Positions 32,843 through 36,385 of a stretch of 36,385 nt of DNA are shown here, piece after piece. The translations under genes and the position numbers were made by a program. The notes beneath the pieces were generated by a model. That model did no database searches, was not told the origin of the DNA, and saw only the letters and a list, made by a program, of their open reading frames with translations. Origin of the DNA: Alphaproteobacteria bacterium (GTDB lineage Bacteria; Pseudomonadota; Alphaproteobacteria; DATDPM01). The DNA is taken from positions 1-36,385 of the forward strand of contig JBGOXX010000003.1 of assembly GCA_041479345.1 (NCBI GenBank), given 5' to 3'. The first letter of the stretch is position 1. The number at the start of each line of letters is the position of its first letter.

Positions 32843-34409
32843 GCCGTTGCGCCTCGGCTGACGCGGTCGCTTCAACGAGCAGCGAATGGCCGGTCATCTC
32901 GATCGGCTTCTTGATGCCGAGCAGAGTCAAAAGGGTGGGGGCAATATCGGCGAGACGGCCGTTCTTGAGAGCGGAAACGGTCTTCGGTCCGTTGACGAGA
33001 ATAGCGGGTACGAGACTATGGGTATGGGAGGTATGCGGCTGTCCCGTTTTCACGTCGCGCATGAATTCGCAATTGCCGTGATCGGCGGTGATGAACAGGA
33101 TGCCGTTCACTTTCTTGACCGCCGCTTCCAAACGCTCCAGGCAGCCGTCGATCGTTTCGACCGCCTTGACGGCGGCGGCGAGGTCCCCGGTGTGACCGAC
33201 CATATCGGGATTCGCGTAATTGACAACGATGAAGCCGTATTTGTTGCTTTCGACCGCTCCGACCAATTTGTCCGTCAATTCCGCCGCCGACATTTCCGGC
33301 ATCAGATCGTAGGTCGCGACCCTCGGCGAGGGGACGAGAATGCGATCCTCGTTTGGAAATTTTTGTTCTTCGCCGCCGCTGAAGAAAAAGGTGACATGGG
33401 CGTATTTCTCGGTTTCGGCGATGCGCAGCTGCGCCAAGCCCTCTTCGGCGATGACCTGGCCGAGCGTGTGCTCCAGCTCGATCGGCGGAAATAAAGTCCC
33501 CAGGAATTGATCGAGGTGACGCGAATATTCCGTCATACCCAAAGTCGCCGCGAAATTGATGACGGTGCCGCGATCGAATCCGTCAAAGGCGGGATCGACC
33601 ATGGCGGCGGCAATCTGGCGAATGCGGTCGGCGCGATAATTGGTGAAGAGCACGCCGTCGCCGTCTTTCATGCCTTCGTAATCGCCGATCACCGTCGGCT
33701 TCACGAATTCGTCGGAAATGCCAAGATTGTGGTTTTCGAGAATGGCGGCGATCGGATCGTCGGCCGATTGGCCCCAGCCCTTCACCACCGCGTCATAAAC
33801 GAGCTGCGTTCGCTCCCAGCGCTGGTCTCGGTCCATCCCGAAATAGCGGCCGGAGATCGTGCAGATACGGAACCGGGGAAGCCCCTTCACCCGGCGCAGG
33901 AACCGCACGAAGTGGTATTCGGCGCTCTCGGGCGGCGTGTCGCGGCCGTCGAGGAATCCGTGAACCCGGACCGGAATGTCTTCGCGGGTCAGAATTCGCG
34001 CCAAAGCGACCATATGGTTTTGGTGGGCGTGCACGCCGGCCGGCGAAATGAGTCCGACCAAATGGCACACACCCTTGCTCTCGCGCAGTTTTTCGATGAA
34101 TTCGACCAGCGGCGGCAAAGAAGCGATCTTGCCTTCTTCGATCGCCCGGTCGACGCGCGGCAGAGTTTGGGAAACGATGCGCCCGGCGCCGATATTCATG
34201 TGGCCGACTTCGGAATTACCGAACTGTCCGCCGGTTAAACCCACATCGGCCGAGGATGCCTCGAGCAAGCCGTGAGGGCAGCTCGCCGTCAACCGGTCCC
34301 AGACCGGTTTTTTGGCCTGAGCGATGGCATTGTGATCGGTTTCGACGCGGTGACCCCAGCCGTCGAGGATGCAGAGAACGAGGGGACGTCGTTGACGTTT
34401 ATCAGTCAT
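32829..34409 (-). CDS. gpmI: 2,3-bisphosphoglycerate-independent phosphoglycerate mutase
   Basis: ILDGWG, GNSEVGH, DGRDT, AETEKYAHVT, NPDMVGHTG and TADHGN motifs. Confidence 0.96.
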   Translation of the reverse strand: MTDKRQRRPLVLCILDGWGHRVETDHNAIAQAKKPVWDRLTASCPHGLLEASSADVGLTGGQFGNSEVGHMNIGAGRIVSQTLPRVDRAIEEGKIASLPPLVEFIEKLRESKGVCHLVGLISPAGVHAHQNHMVALARILTREDIPVRVHGFLDGRDTPPESAEYHFVRFLRRVKGLPRFRICTISGRYFGMDRDQRWERTQLVYDAVVKGWGQSADDPIAAILENHNLGISDEFVKPTVIGDYEGMKDGDGVLFTNYRADRIRQIAAAMVDPAFDGFDRGTVINFAATLGMTEYSRHLDQFLGTLFPPIELEHTLGQVIAEEGLAQLRIAETEKYAHVTFFFSGGEEQKFPNEDRILVPSPRVATYDLMPEMSAAELTDKLVGAVESNKYGFIVVNYANPDMVGHTGDLAAAVKAVETIDGCLERLEAAVKKVNGILFITADHGNCEFMRDVKTGQPHTSHTHSLVPAILVNGPKTVSALKNGRLADIAPTLLTLLGIKKPIEMTGHSLLVEATASAEAQRRASA

Positions 34410-34535
34410 CGAACTGGGTTGCGCGGACTATATGAGAATTCCAGGGTATAGATAAGATAATTATTTGAGAAATCACGGGGTCGCCGCCGCAATTTTGTCA
34501 TCGGCACGGTCTATTTTTAGTTAATTACCGTGTTT

Positions 34536-34994
34536 TTAACCGCGGTGATAAGGATGGCCGGCTAAAATCGTTTGGGCGCGATAAAGCTGCTCGGCGAGCA
34601 GGACTCGGACCAGAAGATGGGGCCAGGTCATGGACCCCAGCGAAAGAGTCAAATCCGCGGCTTTCTTGGCCTCTTTGGCCAAGCCGTCGGCGCCGCCGAT
34701 CAAAAACGCCAGATCCTTCACGCCGTCGTCACGCCAAGCCCCGATCCTTTTCGCGAAGATCGGGCTGGTCAGGCTCTTGCCGGTTTCGTCCAGTGCGACG
34801 ATGACAGAATCCTCGGGAATTGCAGCGAGCAAGAGGCGGCTTTCTTCGGCAATGCGGCGCTCGAGAGGCAAGTTTCCGCGAGCGATCACCTCCCGCAGGG
34901 TGAGCGGCCAAGTCAGCCTTCCGGCATAATGATCGAACAGTTTTACCGCCGGGTCCGATCCCGCGCGGCCGATTGCGGCGAGCCACAGCCGCAT
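34536..34994 (-). CDS. rlmH: 23S rRNA pseudouridine(1915)-N3-methyltransferase
   Basis: FLIGGADG, MTWPH, EQLYRA and HPYHR motifs. Confidence 0.96.
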   Translation of the reverse strand: MRLWLAAIGRAGSDPAVKLFDHYAGRLTWPLTLREVIARGNLPLERRIAEESRLLLAAIPEDSVIVALDETGKSLTSPIFAKRIGAWRDDGVKDLAFLIGGADGLAKEAKKAADLTLSLGSMTWPHLLVRVLLAEQLYRAQTILAGHPYHRG

Positions 34995-34997
34995 TGA

Positions 34998-35516
34998 CTA
35001 AAGAGCGATGCGCTCTTCCCCGCTTTCCGGGAAAGGGCCGCTCCACATCTTTTCGAGATTGTAGAAGCGCCTCACCTCGGCCCGGAACAGGTGCACGACC
35101 ACGTCGCCGGCGTCGATCAGCACCCAATCGGATTGGCTGAGACCTTCGACAGGTGGTGTTGCGAACCCTTTGGCTTTGATTCGTTCGCGCAAATGCTCCG
35201 CCATGGCGGCGACGTGGCGGGTCGAAGTACCGGTCGCGATAACCATAAAATCGGTGAGAGAGGATTTGCCGACGAGATCGATGACCACGATATTCTGGGC
35301 CTTGTCGTCATCGAGGGACTTTTGAACGAGTCCGAGAATCGGGCTCTTCTTTGGCCGTGCGGCCCTCTTTGGGCGCGGGGCCCTCTTTGAGTGCGTGGCC
35401 CTCTTTGAGTGCGTGGCCCTCTTTGGGCGCGTGGCCTTAGGCGGTGCTGACTTCTTCTTTGTGGCTATGGCGGTGCCCCTTTTCTTGCTCCTGTTGGCGA
35501 TGCGTTTTTTTGTCAC
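34998..35516 (-). CDS. rsfS: Ribosome silencing factor (Iojap) with a basic N-terminal extension
   Basis: LDDDKA, DFMVIATG, DWVLIDAGDVVVHLF and FYNLEKMW motifs. GTG start overlaps the nadD stop (GTGA). Confidence 0.93.
   Translation of the reverse strand: MTKKRIANRSKKRGTAIATKKKSAPPKATRPKRATHSKRATHSKRAPRPKRAARPKKSPILGLVQKSLDDDKAQNIVVIDLVGKSSLTDFMVIATGTSTRHVAAMAEHLRERIKAKGFATPPVEGLSQSDWVLIDAGDVVVHLFRAEVRRFYNLEKMWSGPFPESGEERIAL
35361..35432. repeat. 18-bp tandem repeat x4 in the rsfS N-terminal extension
   Basis: Units ggccctcttt(g)(g/a)g(c/t)gcg(g/t) encode the KRATHS/KRAPRP-type hexapeptides. Confidence 0.9.
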
Positions 35517-36385
35517 TTCCGGCGTTTCGACTTCTTGATCCTGGTTTTCTTGTTGATCTTGATTGCCCTGCTGATTTTAGTTGCCGTGCGTTTTGCGCTC
35601 TTGAATTTTTTGACCTTCGTCTTTCGGCTTTTCGACACCTTGTTCGCTCTGGTTTTGCGCGCAAGGCTCTTGGCTTTTCCGATTTTTGGTTTCGCCTTCG
35701 TTACACGCGCCTTGGCTTTTTTCTTTATTCCGACTTTTGCCGTTTTTTGCGCTTTCGTACTTCCCGCGCTCTGCGCCTGCTTGATCCCAGCGCCTCGCGC
35801 TTGCCTGATCCCAGCGCTTCGCGCTTGCCTGATCGAAGTGGCGGAGGCCGGATGAGGCCGGGCGTCGAAAAAAATCCAGGCCGGCGGCTTGCTTCCCGCC
35901 AAGCTCTTCGCTTGCCGTAGCCGCAAACGATACCGCGCGAAACGCTGTGCCGCCTTGCCGCTGAGCGCCCTTAAAGAATAGGTAGGGCGGTTGAAAACCG
36001 CAATGGGCACCGCCTCGAAAATCGCCGTCCATTCTTCCCAGCGCGGAATCTCGCTCAGATTGTCGGCCCCCATCAGCCACACGAATTTGAGCCGCGGGAA
36101 GCGGGACTTAAGGGCTCGCAAGCTGTCCGCGGTATACCGGGTTCCCAGTCGCTGTTCGATGCCGGTAACCTTAACGCGCGGATCCCGCGCCATCGCCCGG
36201 GCCGATTTCATCCGTTGCGCGAAGGGTGCCATGCCGCGGGGCGATTTGAGGGGATTCTGGGGCGAAACCATCCACCAGATTTCGTCCAAGCCGAGATTTT
36301 TCAGGGCCAGGCGCGAAATATACAAATGACCTTCGTGAGCGGGATTGAACGAGCCGCCCAGCACCCCGACGCGGCGCAGGCGGCG
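35513..36385 (-). CDS. nadD: Nicotinate-nucleotide adenylyltransferase (5' end outside the window) with a ~100-aa Lys/Arg-rich C-terminal tail
   Basis: GGSFNPAHEGH, SPQNPLK, WLMGADN and SATSIR motifs. Lies upstream of rsfS-rlmH. Confidence 0.93.
   Translation of the reverse strand, partial: RRLRRVGVLGGSFNPAHEGHLYISRLALKNLGLDEIWWMVSPQNPLKSPRGMAPFAQRMKSARAMARDPRVKVTGIEQRLGTRYTADSLRALKSRFPRLKFVWLMGADNLSEIPRWEEWTAIFEAVPIAVFNRPTYSLRALSGKAAQRFARYRLRLRQAKSLAGSKPPAWIFFDARPHPASATSIRQARSAGIRQARGAGIKQAQSAGSTKAQKTAKVGIKKKAKARVTKAKPKIGKAKSLARKTRANKVSKSRKTKVKKFKSAKRTATKISRAIKINKKTRIKKSKRRK
35773..35834. repeat. 24-bp tandem repeat (about 2.6 copies) at the junction of the NadD domain and its tail
   Basis: Encodes IRQARSAG / IRQARGAG / IKQAQSAG. 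Confidence 0.85.

Noticed and set aside
34521-34539. Full CtrA box upstream of gpmI
   Set aside because: The two TTAA half-sites are 11 nt apart rather than 7.

Overview
Core-chromosome segment of a high-GC alphaproteobacterium (Rhodospirillales-like gene order). It contains the TCA cluster (sdhB, mdh, sucCD, sucA, sucB, lpdA), nadA-nadC, DUF484-xerC, priA, the F1 ATP synthase operon atpHAGDC, and a convergent nadD-rsfS-rlmH-gpmI-envC-ctpA-yibQ-rppH block. No rRNA, tRNA, CRISPR array or mobile element was seen. Two accessory cassettes interrupt this backbone. (1) Between mdh and the canonical sucCD lies a second, divergent sucC/sucD-like pair with altered carboxylate-binding loops and a tandem-ACT protein, closed by a 4x29-bp hairpin tandem repeat; it is a candidate acyl-CoA ligase system of unknown specificity. 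(2) Between a ferritin-like gene and rppH lies a COG2403/CpgS-like P-loop ligase with carbamate kinase; it is a candidate arginine synthetase (ArcE)-ArcC energy-conserving module with no adjacent arcB. Other notable features are histone-H1-like basic tails on NadD and RsfS, and many short tandem duplications sitting on gene starts and stops. All product calls come from motifs recognised by eye; no database search was run.
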